The position numbers were made by a program, and so were the translations under genes. 64,000 nt of DNA, taken from the NCBI GenBank assembly GCA_965207455.1, contig CBDBMJ010000001.1, positions 222,644-286,643 of the forward strand, given 5' to 3'. Below the pieces are notes generated by a model that worked only from the letters and a program-made list of their open reading frames with translations, did no database searches and was not told the origin of the DNA. Position 1 is the first letter of the stretch. The number at the start of each line of letters is the position of its first letter. Shown here piece after piece: positions 1 through 10,520 of this stretch. The stretch comes from Bdellovibrionota bacterium (GTDB taxonomy: Bacteria > Bdellovibrionota > UBA1018 > CAIPTA01 > JAALKR01).

Positions 1-572
1 ACCTGGGTTGGTTGTTCTATCCTTTTTGTGTGCTGGTGATTGTGGGTAGTTCCAATGCGGTTAATTTAACCGACGGTCTGGACGGCTTGGCAACAGGGTC
101 TTTAGTGATTAGCTTGGCAACACTGATGGCTCTCACCTACCTGGCTGGTCACGTAGAATTTGCCTCTTACTTGGATATTCCCTATGTACCGGGTACGGGA
201 GAGCTATCTATTTTTTGTGCTGCTGCCCTTGCCGCAGGATTGGGTTTTCTCTGGTATAACGCATACCCGGCACAAGTATTTATGGGCGATGTGGGGAGTT
301 TATCCTTGGGAGGGGCCATGGGCACATTGGCAATAGCCACAAGGAATGAAATGCTGCTACCCATAATTGGAGGGATATTCGTTATAGAGACAGTCTCCGT
401 AATTATTCAGGTTTTGGTATTTAAAAGAACGGGAAAGAGGGTTTTTCGCATGGCGCCTATTCACCACCATTATGAGATGATGGGAATTGCTGAGTCTAAA
501 ATCACGGTACGGGGATGGATTATTTCTGTTTTACTGGCGATTGTGGCACTATCCACATTGAAACTTCGTTAG
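1..572 (+). CDS. mraY: Phospho-N-acetylmuramoyl-pentapeptide transferase MraY, C-terminal part (5' end lies off the window)
   Basis: The reading frame is open to the window edge. Motifs [26 protein letters not shown] and APIHHHYE are present in a multi-TM protein. It is the first gene of the mur/fts cluster. Confidence 0.9.
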   Translation, partial: LGWLFYPFCVLVIVGSSNAVNLTDGLDGLATGSLVISLATLMALTYLAGHVEFASYLDIPYVPGTGELSIFCAAALAAGLGFLWYNAYPAQVFMGDVGSLSLGGAMGTLAIATRNEMLLPIIGGIFVIETVSVIIQVLVFKRTGKRVFRMAPIHHHYEMMGIAESKITVRGWIISVLLAIVALSTLKLR

Positions 573-628
573 AATCCTAGAAAGAATCCTTGAAAGAAAC
601 AAACGATTGTTGTTATAAAGAATAAGGT

Positions 629-2059
629 TTGGGAAATAAAATTGTAGATTATAGTGGAAAAAAGGCTTTGGTGCTGGGTCTGGGAAGGTCTGGCAGGAGT
701 GTGGTTCGTTATTTGCATTCTTGCAATGCTGCGGTGTGGGCTTGCGACATTCAGTCTAGACAAGACTTCAAGGAAATTTTAGAGCCCCTAGAATCCTTAA
801 ATCCACCCGTGCAGTTTGATTTTGGTCCCCATCGCGTAGAGTTTCTTGCTGGTGCGGACTTAATTATTCCGTCGCCCAGTATTCCTTCCAATATGCCTCT
901 CTTGCGAGACATGAGCTATCAGGGTGCTTCTTTAATTACGGAGCTGGATTTGGCTTTGAAAGAGATCGACGTGCCCATAGTTGCCTTTGCGGGAAGCCAT
1001 GGAAAAACAACGGTGGCTTGGTTGGTGAAGGAGATGTTGGAAAGTGGTGGGAAAAAAGTTTTTTTCGCCCATGATCGGGGGCATAGTTTGTCGGACTATC
1101 CGTTACAGCCCACCAAAGCAGATGTGGTGTTGCTGGAGTTATCTTCGGCTCAGTTGGAGAGGGTCCAGGATCTTAAGCCTGCAATCGTGGTTTTTCCTTA
1201 TTTGGGTTTGAAGCAGTTGCAGAATTATCCCACGATGGAGGATTATTTTCGGGTTCAGCTTCGGGTTTTGCGACATGGAGGAGAGCACTCTACGGTGATT
1301 TATAACCATAGAAATGTAAACCTACGCGCTATTCTACAAAAAGTTCCGGGTGAGAAGAGATCTTGTATTCGCAAAATTCCTGGGGGCAGTGGAGACAATT
1401 TAGGAGTGAATAAGGGGCATCCTCTGGATCCATCGACTAGCTACCGGGGAACTTTTCTCGACACCACAAAGAAAATTGTTTGGACCGACGGGAAGACTCG
1501 AGAGGAGTTCGACCTACGTTATACAACAGTGGTGGGTAATCACAACAGGGACAACCTAATGACTGCTATCAATGTGGTGAAAGAGTTTGGACTGGATAAG
1601 AAGGTAATCCAGAGTTTTCTCTATACCTATAAAGGTATGCCTCACTGCTTAGAGTTAGTGCGTAAATTAGGAGGTGTGTCCTTTTTCAATGATTCTCGGA
1701 GTACTACTTTGGATTCCTTGCAGAAATCTTTGGACGGTTTCCGGATGGAGCCTGTTATTCTTATTGCTGGTGGCAAACAGCGAGAAGGCGATGACTTTTC
1801 TACTCTTGCCGATCAAATAAAAAAGCGTGTAAAGACCATGATTTTGATTGGAGAGTCCAAAGAGCTTATCAATCGTGGACTGGGCGACCATACGGAGACA
1901 TTTCTTGTTGGTACCTTTGAGGAGGCTATTTTATTATCGTATCAAAAGTCCCGTGAAGGAGATGTAATATTGCTATCTCCTGGCTGTGAGAGTTACGATA
2001 TGTTTAATAGCTATGAACAAAGAGGCGAACACTTTAAAAAATACTTGGATAAAATCTAA
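629..2059 (+). CDS. murD: UDP-N-acetylmuramoylalanine--D-glutamate ligase MurD
   Basis: TTG start at 629. N-terminal GLGRSG Rossmann motif and GSHGKTT P-loop of Mur ligases. Sits in the mraY-murD-ftsW order. Confidence 0.9.
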   Translation: MGNKIVDYSGKKALVLGLGRSGRSVVRYLHSCNAAVWACDIQSRQDFKEILEPLESLNPPVQFDFGPHRVEFLAGADLIIPSPSIPSNMPLLRDMSYQGASLITELDLALKEIDVPIVAFAGSHGKTTVAWLVKEMLESGGKKVFFAHDRGHSLSDYPLQPTKADVVLLELSSAQLERVQDLKPAIVVFPYLGLKQLQNYPTMEDYFRVQLRVLRHGGEHSTVIYNHRNVNLRAILQKVPGEKRSCIRKIPGGSGDNLGVNKGHPLDPSTSYRGTFLDTTKKIVWTDGKTREEFDLRYTTVVGNHNRDNLMTAINVVKEFGLDKKVIQSFLYTYKGMPHCLELVRKLGGVSFFNDSRSTTLDSLQKSLDGFRMEPVILIAGGKQREGDDFSTLADQIKKRVKTMILIGESKELINRGLGDHTETFLVGTFEEAILLSYQKSREGDVILLSPGCESYDMFNSYEQRGEHFKKYLDKI

Positions 2060-2066
2060 CCAAGAA

Positions 2067-3173
2067 ATGCCATTTTTTCGCAGTTCCTGCGATCATCAAT
2101 TATTGATAACCATATTGGGTCTTGCGGCTTTCGGTGTGGTGATGGTTTTTAGTTCCAGCTATATTTTTTCAGAGGAGCGCTTTGGTGACGGTCTCCATTA
2201 TTTTCGCAGGCATATTATTTTTCTTTTTATTGGTCTATTGTTGATGATGGTCCTACGATTTGTGGATTACCGTATTTGGAAAAAGCTCTCCTTTCCCTTA
2301 TTTTTATTAGCCATTATTGGGATGGCAATGGTGTTTATTCCCGGTTTGGGGAATAAGGTGGGCGGAGCTGTTCGCTGGGTGAATTTAGGATTTATTACGT
2401 TTCAGCCGGTGGAGTTTGCAAAAATTGCTTTACTCATCTATCTGGCAAGGATTTTTTCTAAAGGAAATATTGATTTCTCTAATGCTAAGAGTGGCTTTTT
2501 GACTTTTCTTTGGCCCACTCTCCTTTTAGCAGGGCTTTCCTTGGCGCAACCAGATTTTGGTAGTGCAGTGCTGGTGGTATCCACCAGTGTTTTTTTATTT
2601 TACTTAGCAGGCGTGCGTTTTCGTTATTTATTCTATTCTTTTTTAGCCATGCTTCCCCTATTGTATGTGGCTATTATGTCGGCCCCCTACCGTAAGGCTC
2701 GTTTTCTAGCTTTTCTCGATCCTTGGGCCAATCCCCATAATGAGGGATTTCAAATCATTCAATCCTTTTTAGCTATTTATCGGGGAGGTCTTTTTGGAGC
2801 TGGATTGGGTCACAGTAAGGGAAAATTATTCTATTTGCCCGAGGCCCATAACGATTTTATTTTTTCCGTTGTGGGAGAGGAACTGGGATTTATTGGAATG
2901 TTTGCCCTTTGCCTAGCTTTTCTTTTCTTATTTTTTCGAGCCATAAAAATTTCAGCTAGGGCAGAGGACGCTTTTGGCAGTTTATTGGCAGCTGGAATTG
3001 CCATTCTTTTAGGCATGGAAGTTTTTTTCAACACAGGGGTGGTGCTGGGTTTACTGCCCACCAAGGGTATGAATCTTCCTTTCATATCCAGCGGCGGTTC
3101 TTCCATATTAAGTGGTTTTATTGCCATGGGCTTGCTCTTAAGCATTTCTGCAAGGTCCGGTAGGTACTCATGA
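2067..3173 (+). CDS. ftsW: SEDS-family peptidoglycan polymerase / cell division protein FtsW
   Basis: Polytopic membrane protein with a QPVEFAKI..., PEAHNDFIF, LPTKGMNLPFISSGGSS (SEDS) signature. ATG 2067 follows the murD stop at 2057-2059. The track start, GTG 1986, would overlap murD by 74 nt. Confidence 0.9.
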   Translation: MPFFRSSCDHQLLITILGLAAFGVVMVFSSSYIFSEERFGDGLHYFRRHIIFLFIGLLLMMVLRFVDYRIWKKLSFPLFLLAIIGMAMVFIPGLGNKVGGAVRWVNLGFITFQPVEFAKIALLIYLARIFSKGNIDFSNAKSGFLTFLWPTLLLAGLSLAQPDFGSAVLVVSTSVFLFYLAGVRFRYLFYSFLAMLPLLYVAIMSAPYRKARFLAFLDPWANPHNEGFQIIQSFLAIYRGGLFGAGLGHSKGKLFYLPEAHNDFIFSVVGEELGFIGMFALCLAFLFLFFRAIKISARAEDAFGSLLAAGIAILLGMEVFFNTGVVLGLLPTKGMNLPFISSGGSSILSGFIAMGLLLSISARSGRYS

Positions 3174-4273
3174 AATACATTGGCTTTGCGGGGGGCGGAT
3201 CGGGCGGGCACACCTATCCTCTATTAGCGGTGGTCCAGGCATGGAGAGAAAAGTATCCAAGCATTCCTTTTTATTTTGTCACCACGAAGGGGGGTGTGGA
3301 GGAAAAGATTTACATAAAGGCTGGTTATTCCTATTTTTCCATTCCATCGGGAAAAATCGCAGGGCAAGCCAAGTGGCGCATCCTTCTTACTCTGCTGAAG
3401 CTCCCGTTAGCCATGGTGCTTAGTTTTTTTATTTTACTGCGTAAGCGTCCCGTATTTGTATTAAGTGCAGGAGGTTATGCTGGAGCCCCATTTCTAGTGG
3501 CAGCAGCCATACTGAGGGTGCCCTGTGGAATTTTTGAACTCAACCGAACCTCTGGATTAGCCAACCGCTGGATGTCTTTTTTTGCCAAGATTATTTTTGT
3601 TCATTTTCCAGAAACTAAGGATCAGTATGGAGGAAAGAGTACATTTTGTGTGGGAAGTCCTTGTCGTAAAGAAATTATACAAGCTCGTTGGGCAAAGGAA
3701 GAACAGCTAAGGAAATTTCAAGCGGACCCTTTTTATTTATTTGTATTTGGTGGTTCTCAGGGAGCTATGGCAATTAACCGTTTGGTTTTAGAGGCCATGC
3801 TTTACTTAAGGGATGTGGGATTGAAAGATAGGGGAAAAAATATTTTCGTTCATCACCAAACAGGAGAAAGAGATTTTTCCTTTATAAAGCAGCAGTACGA
3901 ATCTAAGGGGATCTCTGCCAAGGTGGAGCCCTATATTTATGATATGGCTTCCGTATACCGTTCTTCCCATTTAGTTATTTGTAGAGCTGGAGCAGGAACG
4001 TTAGTGGAGCTTGCAGCGGCAGCAAAGCCAGCCATTCTCATCCCATTGGTGTCTAAGGATAGGCACCAAGAGTTCAATGCAGAGCAGTGGGCAGCGCAAT
4101 CTGCGGTAAAAGTATTGTATCAAAAAAATCTCAAGGGAGAGGTTCTTGCAAAATCCATTTTAGAATTTTACAATGATCGTGGAGCACTGGATTTGCTAGC
4201 TTCTTCTATTGTGAAGCAATACCAATCGGATGCAGAACAAAAAATATTGAGCAGGATCGAGGGCTATGTCTAA
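3170..4273 (+). CDS. murG: Undecaprenyl-PP-MurNAc-pentapeptide GlcNAc transferase MurG
   Basis: GGSGGHTYPLLAV glycine loop and C-terminal ...CRAGAGTLVELAA... motif. Overlaps the ftsW stop with ATGA. Confidence 0.92.
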   Translation: MKYIGFAGGGSGGHTYPLLAVVQAWREKYPSIPFYFVTTKGGVEEKIYIKAGYSYFSIPSGKIAGQAKWRILLTLLKLPLAMVLSFFILLRKRPVFVLSAGGYAGAPFLVAAAILRVPCGIFELNRTSGLANRWMSFFAKIIFVHFPETKDQYGGKSTFCVGSPCRKEIIQARWAKEEQLRKFQADPFYLFVFGGSQGAMAINRLVLEAMLYLRDVGLKDRGKNIFVHHQTGERDFSFIKQQYESKGISAKVEPYIYDMASVYRSSHLVICRAGAGTLVELAAAAKPAILIPLVSKDRHQEFNAEQWAAQSAVKVLYQKNLKGEVLAKSILEFYNDRGALDLLASSIVKQYQSDAEQKILSRIEGYV

Positions 4274-5651
4274 AAAAAGAATTCATTTTGTGGGAATTGG
4301 CGGAATTGGAATGAGCGGTATTGCCAGCATTCTTCTCTCCCAAGATTATGTGGTGAGTGGAAGCGATCTCATGGAAAGCGACACCACCAAAGACCTTATT
4401 GCTAAGGGGGCAACGATTTCTTATTTTCACAAAGCAGATAATGTGGAGGGAGCAGATACTGTGGTGATCTCTAGCGCAGTGACACTGGATAATGAAGAAG
4501 TTGTGGCAGCTCAAAAAAGAAATATACCCGTGATTCCTCGAGCAGAGATGCTGGCAGAGCTAATGAAAATTAAGGTTGGTATTGCTATTGCTGGAACCCA
4601 TGGAAAAACCACCACCACGAGCATTCTAGCTGCTCTAACCACCTGTGCAGGTATGGACCCCACCATTGTTATTGGTGGAAAGGTGGATATGATTGGAGGG
4701 AATGCCCATTTGGGAAAGGGGAAATACCTTCTCGCGGAAGCCGACGAAAGTGACAAGAGTTTTTTATGTCTCCCTGCCACCATTGTGACGGTAACAAATA
4801 TAGATAACGATCATTTGGATAATTACGGGAGTTTAGAGGAGATAAAAAAGAGTTTTGTGCAATTTATTAACAAAATTCCTGCGCATGGCAGAGCTATTCT
4901 ATGCATAGACGATCCCAATGTTCGTAGTATTCTGCCTAAAATTAAGAAACCTTTTATAACGTATGGGTTTTCTCCCGATGCATCCATACGTCCATCGGAA
5001 GTAAAGTCGAAGGGGTTTAGCAGTGTATTTCAACTTTCCTGTAATGGTGAGGTATTGGGTAGTCAAATTTCCACAAACCTTATAGGTAAGCATAATATTT
5101 TAAATTCCATGGCAGCCATTGGCGTTGCTTTAGAAATTGGTCTTTCCTTTTCCCAAATCCAAGATGGATTTAAAAAATTTACTGGAGTGAGGAGAAGAAT
5201 GGAACGCAAGGGTGAGAAAAAAGGAATCCTAGTAATGGACGATTACGCCCATCATCCCACGGAAATTGAGGTTACCCTAGAGGGACTCCGATCGGTATGG
5301 AGTGGACGTATTGTTGTGTTGTTTCAGCCCCATCGGTTTTCCCGTACCAGAGATTGCTATGATAGCTTTCTTTCTGTATTCCAAAATATCGATGTATTGT
5401 TTATTACAGATATTTATTCCGCAGGGGAAGAACCCATCGATGGAATTAGCTCCCAGCAATTGGTCAAAGATATGGAGAAAAAGAATGGGTCAACAAAGCC
5501 TTCCATTACGATCATAGACGATTTTATGAAGAATCAAGCAAGCGTACATACGAAAATTATGCCGTTACTGGATCCCGGGGATTTATTTATTACTTTAGGT
5601 GCAGGTAATGTGTACCGTGTAGGGGAAAGAATTCTTGAGGAGTTGTCATAG
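4266..5651 (+). CDS. murC: UDP-N-acetylmuramate--L-alanine ligase MurC
   Basis: HFVGIGGIGMSGIA N-terminus, GTHGKTTTTS P-loop and DDYAHHPTEI motif. Confidence 0.95.
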   Translation: MSKKRIHFVGIGGIGMSGIASILLSQDYVVSGSDLMESDTTKDLIAKGATISYFHKADNVEGADTVVISSAVTLDNEEVVAAQKRNIPVIPRAEMLAELMKIKVGIAIAGTHGKTTTTSILAALTTCAGMDPTIVIGGKVDMIGGNAHLGKGKYLLAEADESDKSFLCLPATIVTVTNIDNDHLDNYGSLEEIKKSFVQFINKIPAHGRAILCIDDPNVRSILPKIKKPFITYGFSPDASIRPSEVKSKGFSSVFQLSCNGEVLGSQISTNLIGKHNILNSMAAIGVALEIGLSFSQIQDGFKKFTGVRRRMERKGEKKGILVMDDYAHHPTEIEVTLEGLRSVWSGRIVVLFQPHRFSRTRDCYDSFLSVFQNIDVLFITDIYSAGEEPIDGISSQQLVKDMEKKNGSTKPSITIIDDFMKNQASVHTKIMPLLDPGDLFITLGAGNVYRVGERILEELS

Positions 5652-5725
5652 TAGAGATTCCATTTTCCAGGGATGAGCCTTTATCTAAGCACACGTCATA
5701 CGGGATAGGGGGGCCGGCAAAATAC

Positions 5726-6547
5726 ATGGCGTTTCCAGAAAACATGGATCACTTGGCAAGTTTATCCGCCCATGTAAAGCAATCGGGAGAGGGTTTTCTG
5801 TTTTTAGGGAATGGCTCCAATCTACTCGTGCCGGAAGAAGGGTTGAAGGGTTGGGTGATAAAAGGTTCTCAATTATTATCGTCGCACCCTCAGGTGCAGG
5901 AGTTGGATGGGTGTAGGCTTCTGGTTAATGCGGCCCTTTGGAATATAAAATTATTAAAATACTGCGGAGAAAGGGGATTCTCCGGATTGGAATTTTTAGC
6001 AGGAGTGCCGGGGACGATTGGTGGAGCTGCTATTATGAATGCGGGAACGCCGGAGGGTTGCCTAGCGGATAGGGCCATAGCTGTGCATACATTTTGTTTA
6101 CAAGATGGAGAAAAGCACTATAACCAGGATGAATTACGGTATGCCTACCGACAACAACTTTTCATGTCTCCCACGGAAATGGTAACAGCAGTCTTATTCC
6201 AAATGGAAAAAGCAGACCCTTTGGACATACGAAAAAAAATAAAAAAAAATATTGAGGATAGGAAAAAAAACCAACCGCTTACTCTCCCCAGTTGTGGAAG
6301 TGTTTTCCAAAATCCCAAAAACACTAGTGCGTGGAAGTGTATTGAAGAGGCGGGATTGAGGGGAAAAAAAATTGGAGGCGCACGAATCAATGAAAAGCAC
6401 TGTAATTTTATTGTAAACGAGGGTGATGCTACTATGGATGATGTGCTATCCTTAATTCAGGTAGTTAGAGAGGCTGTTCACCTGAATACAGGTATTGATC
6501 TGGAGACAGAGGTGGTTGTGGCAAAGCCTCATCACTTGAGAGGTTAA
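5726..6547 (+). CDS. murB: UDP-N-acetylenolpyruvoylglucosamine reductase MurB. Coordinates are the canonical-start ORF. Conserved coding sequence continues upstream to about 5657.
   Basis: FLGNGSNLLV, GVPGTIGGAAIMNAG and PSCGSVFQNP motifs. Upstream in-frame codons 5651-5725 read VEIPFSRDEPLSKHTSYGIGGPAKY (the MurB N-terminal motif), but that stretch contains no ATG/GTG/TTG. Confidence 0.85.
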   Translation: MAFPENMDHLASLSAHVKQSGEGFLFLGNGSNLLVPEEGLKGWVIKGSQLLSSHPQVQELDGCRLLVNAALWNIKLLKYCGERGFSGLEFLAGVPGTIGGAAIMNAGTPEGCLADRAIAVHTFCLQDGEKHYNQDELRYAYRQQLFMSPTEMVTAVLFQMEKADPLDIRKKIKKNIEDRKKNQPLTLPSCGSVFQNPKNTSAWKCIEEAGLRGKKIGGARINEKHCNFIVNEGDATMDDVLSLIQVVREAVHLNTGIDLETEVVVAKPHHLRG

Positions 6548-6576
6548 TCAAGCTGAGGTATTCGTTTCGCTATATA

Positions 6577-7338
6577 TTGCTTTTGTCCGTAGTCGCCCCC
6601 CTTGTATTTGTTGGTTGGTCTCGGTTGCACAGGTATATGATTACCACACCGTATTTTATCGTGAAGGATGTGGAACTGGAATATGGCGACATTCCCCTTT
6701 CCAAAAAAGAAATTCTAAACATTGCGGGTGCCACAGGTAAACATTCTTTTTTTAGTTTGGATATTCAATCTATGCAGAGGAGGCTTTCCCGTCACCCTTT
6801 TATCCGTTCGGCAGTGGTTTCTCGATTTTTGCCCAATCGTCTAAGAATTAAGGTATACCCGGAAAAACCGGCAGCGATTCTCAACACAAATAAGCTATAT
6901 TATGTGAATAGTCATGGTGAGGCTTACCGTAAAGTTCAGGGAAAAGATGCATTGCGCTACCCCCTATTAGTGACAGAGGGCGCCGTTCCATTGTCTAAAA
7001 TCCCCCCTCGTCGCATGCAAGCAGCCCTAGAGATCATTAAAAGTATCCAATCCTCTCCGTTCTTTGAGGATCAGGACTTAGGCGATATTTTCTTAAAAAA
7101 TAAAAAATATAAGGGGATGGCTCCTTTGCAAGCCACGTTGATTTATCCCACCACTCGTCTTCAAGATCAGGTTTTTTCTCCTCGAAGACACATAACAGTG
7201 AGTTTTGCCGAGGAGAATATCCAGCACCAAGTCCGAAAATTAGAGGAAGTTTTACAGTCTATGGCTGAACTGAATAAAATTCCCATAAGGGTGAGGATGG
7301 AGTTGGGGAAAAAAGTGGTTGTAAAAGTCTCTCAATAA
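6577..7338 (+). CDS. ftsQ: Cell division protein FtsQ (POTRA-type)
   Basis: N-terminal TM segment (LLSVVAPLVFVGW) followed by a POTRA-like F.V..V...G motif. Sits between murB and ftsA. TTG start; the exact start is uncertain. Confidence 0.75.
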   Translation: MLLSVVAPLVFVGWSRLHRYMITTPYFIVKDVELEYGDIPLSKKEILNIAGATGKHSFFSLDIQSMQRRLSRHPFIRSAVVSRFLPNRLRIKVYPEKPAAILNTNKLYYVNSHGEAYRKVQGKDALRYPLLVTEGAVPLSKIPPRRMQAALEIIKSIQSSPFFEDQDLGDIFLKNKKYKGMAPLQATLIYPTTRLQDQVFSPRRHITVSFAEENIQHQVRKLEEVLQSMAELNKIPIRVRMELGKKVVVKVSQ

Positions 7339-7402
7339 TATTACGCTTGAAGCTATAGACCTTGTGTGAAGCACTTTGTTTATTTCGTTCCAAGGAGGGA
7401 CT

Positions 7403-8626
7403 ATGGCAAAACAGGATTTTATAGTCGGATTGGATGTGGGCACCACGAAAATTTGTGCCTTGATTGGTCAAATCACAGATTCAGGAATTGAGATTGTGGG
7501 TATAGGTTCCCGTCCTTCCACGGGCTTGCGAAAAGGTGCGGTTATCAATATCGACTCCACCGTAGAGGGAATATCCAAAGCCATTGAAGAGGCAGAATTG
7601 ATGGCAGGTTGTAGTGTTTCCTCCACCCATGTTGGTGTGGCAGGCACCCACATACGAAGCTTTAATTCTTCGGGAGTGGTGGGTGTACGGGGAAAAGAAA
7701 TTGACTGCAAGGATGTGGAGCGAGTTATTGATGCTGCAAAAGCAGTGGCAATACCAGCCGACCGACAAACCATACACATTGTTCCCCAGGATTTCATTGT
7801 TGACGATCAGGACGGAATCAAAGACCCCGTTGGAATGAGCGGTGTGCGTTTGGAGGGGAAAATGCATATAGTGACAGCATCGATTCCCAGCACCCAAAAT
7901 CTCACAAAATGTGCCAACCGGGCAGGCATTGCCGTTAATGAATTAGTACTAGAGCCACTGGCCAGTTCCCACGCAGTTCTCTCTGAGGACGAAAAGGAAT
8001 TAGGTGTTGCCTTAGTGGATATTGGTGGTGGAACAGCCGACATTTGTATTTTTGTGGGTGGTGCCCTTGTGTATACAGTATTTATTTCCATTGGGGGAAA
8101 TCACCTCACAAACGACATTGCCGTGGGTTTACGAACGCCACAAAACGAGGCAGAGAAGTTAAAAATTCGCTACGGTTCTTGCTTAGGTGAGAGCATTGCT
8201 CCTGAAGAAACCATAGAAGTTCCGGGAGTGGGTGGGCGTAAAACACGAATCGTTGCTCGTAGGCACTTAGTGGATATTATAGAACCTCGAACTGAGGAGA
8301 TGTTACAGCTCATTCATCAGGAGATCCAAAAGACAGGCTATACCGATTTATTGGGAAGTGGTGTTGTGCTCACAGGTGGAGCATCCATGTTGGATGGTAT
8401 GACAGAGCTTGCAGAAATCATTCTAGATATGCCCGTAAAACGAGGCTATCCTTTTGGAGTGGGTGGGCTTAGGGAAATTGTAAACTCCCCGAGGTTTGCC
8501 ACTGGAGTTGGTTTATTGAAGTATGTGGAAGAGTCTGTGAGACAAAATCGAGCTAGCTTTGGAGAGGGACGCTCTTATAATAAAGTTAGAAATGCAATGG
8601 TAAATTGGGTAAGGGATTTATTTTAA
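7403..8626 (+). CDS. ftsA: Cell division protein FtsA (actin-like ATPase)
   Basis: [12 protein letters not shown] and DIGGGTADI phosphate-binding motifs. ATG 7403 is preceded by an AAGGAGGG RBS at 7392-7399. The track start 7376 lies upstream of that RBS. Confidence 0.93.
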   Translation: MAKQDFIVGLDVGTTKICALIGQITDSGIEIVGIGSRPSTGLRKGAVINIDSTVEGISKAIEEAELMAGCSVSSTHVGVAGTHIRSFNSSGVVGVRGKEIDCKDVERVIDAAKAVAIPADRQTIHIVPQDFIVDDQDGIKDPVGMSGVRLEGKMHIVTASIPSTQNLTKCANRAGIAVNELVLEPLASSHAVLSEDEKELGVALVDIGGGTADICIFVGGALVYTVFISIGGNHLTNDIAVGLRTPQNEAEKLKIRYGSCLGESIAPEETIEVPGVGGRKTRIVARRHLVDIIEPRTEEMLQLIHQEIQKTGYTDLLGSGVVLTGGASMLDGMTELAEIILDMPVKRGYPFGVGGLREIVNSPRFATGVGLLKYVEESVRQNRASFGEGRSYNKVRNAMVNWVRDLF

Positions 8627-8636
8627 GGAGGCATGC

Positions 8637-10019
8637 ATGTTTGAGTTGGATAGAGATGGAGATATAATAGCTGGAGCAAAAATAAAAGTAGTTGGCGTGG
8701 GCGGAGGCGGCGGCAATGCTGTAAACACCATGATTCGGTCTGGGTTGACGGGAGTAGATTTTCTTATTGTAAATACGGACTGTCAGGCGCTTAAATGTTC
8801 TTTAGCGGAAACAAAAATAGCCATAGGTCAAGAAGTTACAAAAGGATTGGGCGCTGGAGCTAACCCAGAGTTGGGAAGAAAAGCAGCACTGGAGGACCAT
8901 GGTTCCATCGTGGAGATGTTAGAAGGCAGTGATATGGTTTTTATCACAGCTGGCATGGGCGGTGGCACAGGTACGGGAGCAGCCCCCATTATTGCAGAGA
9001 TTGCAAAGGACGTGGGAGCCCTTACGGTGGGTGTGGTAACCAAGCCTTTTGATTTTGAGGGCAAGAGAAGAAAGCGACAGGCCGCAGAGGGTGTTGAAAT
9101 GCTCAAGGAGCGAGTGGACAGTTTAATCACCATACCCAATCAGCGGTTACTGGCATTAGCAGGAAACCATTTAACGATTGTGGATACTTTTCTTCGAGCC
9201 GACGAGGTACTTCTAAACGCAGTACAGGGAATATCGGATTTAATCAACCACACGGGGCTTATTAATTCAGATTTTGCTGATGTACGCACCATTATGGCCG
9301 ACCAGGGGTTGGCACTCATGGGAACGGGTTTGGGTGATGGAGAACACCGTGCTGTTGAGGCAGCCACCAATGCAATTTCTTCCCCGTTATTAGAGGATGT
9401 TTCCATTAACGGAGCCACAGGCCTTATTATTAATATTACGGGAAGCTCGGACCTTACCACCTTTGAGGTAAACGAGGCCACCACATTAATTACAGAGGCT
9501 GCCCATGAGGATGCAGAAATTATTTTTGGCACTGTGATTGACGAGAATATGGAAAACAAGGTGAAGGTAACGGTAATTGCAACGGGAATTGGTGGTAGTA
9601 GAAGAGTACCTGATCTGATCCAAAGGCAAGCTGAGGGAACCCAAGCGGAAAGTCTTATGGACAATTCTCTTGTAGAAGAAACCACAACCACCACACCGCC
9701 TACTACAGACACTGCAACTACAGACACCAGAACAATGGATGCCCAAGATGGAACAACTAGGGATGACCATGGGGGATTTGAAGAGCAATCAGACGAACCT
9801 CTTCCCTTTTACCCTAGCTCAGTTATACCCAGCGTGGTCAAAGAGCAGTCTGACCTATTTGATAAGGAAGCTTTAAAGGAAGTAAAACCTAAATTAGAGA
9901 TGACTGATTTAGAGAGAGCAAGGAAAATTGCCAAAACCTTACGTGGAACCAAGCTTAATGGTGGAGAATACGATATCCCCACATTTATTCGTCGGCAACA
10001 GCCTCCTGCTCAGGACTAG
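8637..10019 (+). CDS. ftsZ: Cell division GTPase FtsZ
   Basis: [11 protein letters not shown] and [10 protein letters not shown] tubulin signature, a long Thr/Asp-rich linker and the conserved C-terminal peptide [19 protein letters not shown] at 8624-8630. Confidence 0.97.
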   Translation: MFELDRDGDIIAGAKIKVVGVGGGGGNAVNTMIRSGLTGVDFLIVNTDCQALKCSLAETKIAIGQEVTKGLGAGANPELGRKAALEDHGSIVEMLEGSDMVFITAGMGGGTGTGAAPIIAEIAKDVGALTVGVVTKPFDFEGKRRKRQAAEGVEMLKERVDSLITIPNQRLLALAGNHLTIVDTFLRADEVLLNAVQGISDLINHTGLINSDFADVRTIMADQGLALMGTGLGDGEHRAVEAATNAISSPLLEDVSINGATGLIINITGSSDLTTFEVNEATTLITEAAHEDAEIIFGTVIDENMENKVKVTVIATGIGGSRRVPDLIQRQAEGTQAESLMDNSLVEETTTTTPPTTDTATTDTRTMDAQDGTTRDDHGGFEEQSDEPLPFYPSSVIPSVVKEQSDLFDKEALKEVKPKLEMTDLERARKIAKTLRGTKLNGGEYDIPTFIRRQQPPAQD

Positions 10020-10086
10020 CATAAAAAAAGCCCTCTTTTCTAAAGAAGGCCTTCTGTGCTCAGAGTAACTTGTAATAAATTACGGC

Positions 10087-10458
10087 TTATTTGTTAGCAT
10101 TGAATTTTTGTTGATTGGCTTTACGAATAAACTTTTTAAGCTGAATCGTTTTCTCATCCACTATACCTGTACTATATGTTCGCTCCAAATTATCGCTAAT
10201 TTCTATTTTTTTCAACACGATTCTTTTTCCTTTATCCAGTCCTGCTGTGCCTCCCTCTAGCAATCTAGCTACTTTGGGCACATCTGCTTGTATCAATTTC
10301 ACTACTTCGTTTATATACTCTTCCGTTGGACTAGCTATTCTTTTTTTCTGCAATGTATTTTGGTATGACCCATAATTTTCCGTGTTCAAAAATGTTGCTG
10401 AAGCGTATCCTATTAACGCTCCAGCAATCATAGCTATTATAATTTTTTTATTTTTCAT
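10087..10458 (-). CDS. Hypothetical small membrane-anchored/secreted protein (island gene A)
   Basis: 123-aa ORF with N-terminal hydrophobic segment KKIIIAMIAGALIGYASA. No motif recognised. Its 3' flank shares a 22-nt block with the 3' end of the next gene. Confidence 0.55.
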   Translation of the reverse strand: MKNKKIIIAMIAGALIGYASATFLNTENYGSYQNTLQKKRIASPTEEYINEVVKLIQADVPKVARLLEGGTAGLDKGKRIVLKKIEISDNLERTYSTGIVDEKTIQLKKFIRKANQQKFNANK

Positions 10459-10496
10459 TTTCCTTTATCCTTTTTCAAGTTTTTATTCGTTTAGAG

Positions 10497-10520
10497 TAAT
10501 TTGTAATAAATTACAAATTA
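10497..10520. repeat. 10-bp inverted repeat TAATTTGTAA-N4-TTACAAATTA at the gene B/gene A junction
   Basis: The arms are perfect. The element overlaps the gene B stop codon (10511-10513) and lies 39 nt upstream of the gene A start. Confidence 0.8.

Noticed and set aside
6220-6290. A8/A9/A8 homopolymer runs inside murB (IRKKIKKNIEDRKKNQP), considered as possible slippage sites.
   Set aside because: The frame is intact and the flanking MurB motifs are in register. This is most simply a Lys-rich loop in an AT-rich genome. It is only a caution for sequencing accuracy.
10020-10061. AGAAGGCCTTCT palindrome after ftsZ, considered as a terminator.
   Set aside because: It has only a 4-bp stem once a loop is allowed, and there is no adjacent T-tract. 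This is insufficient to call.
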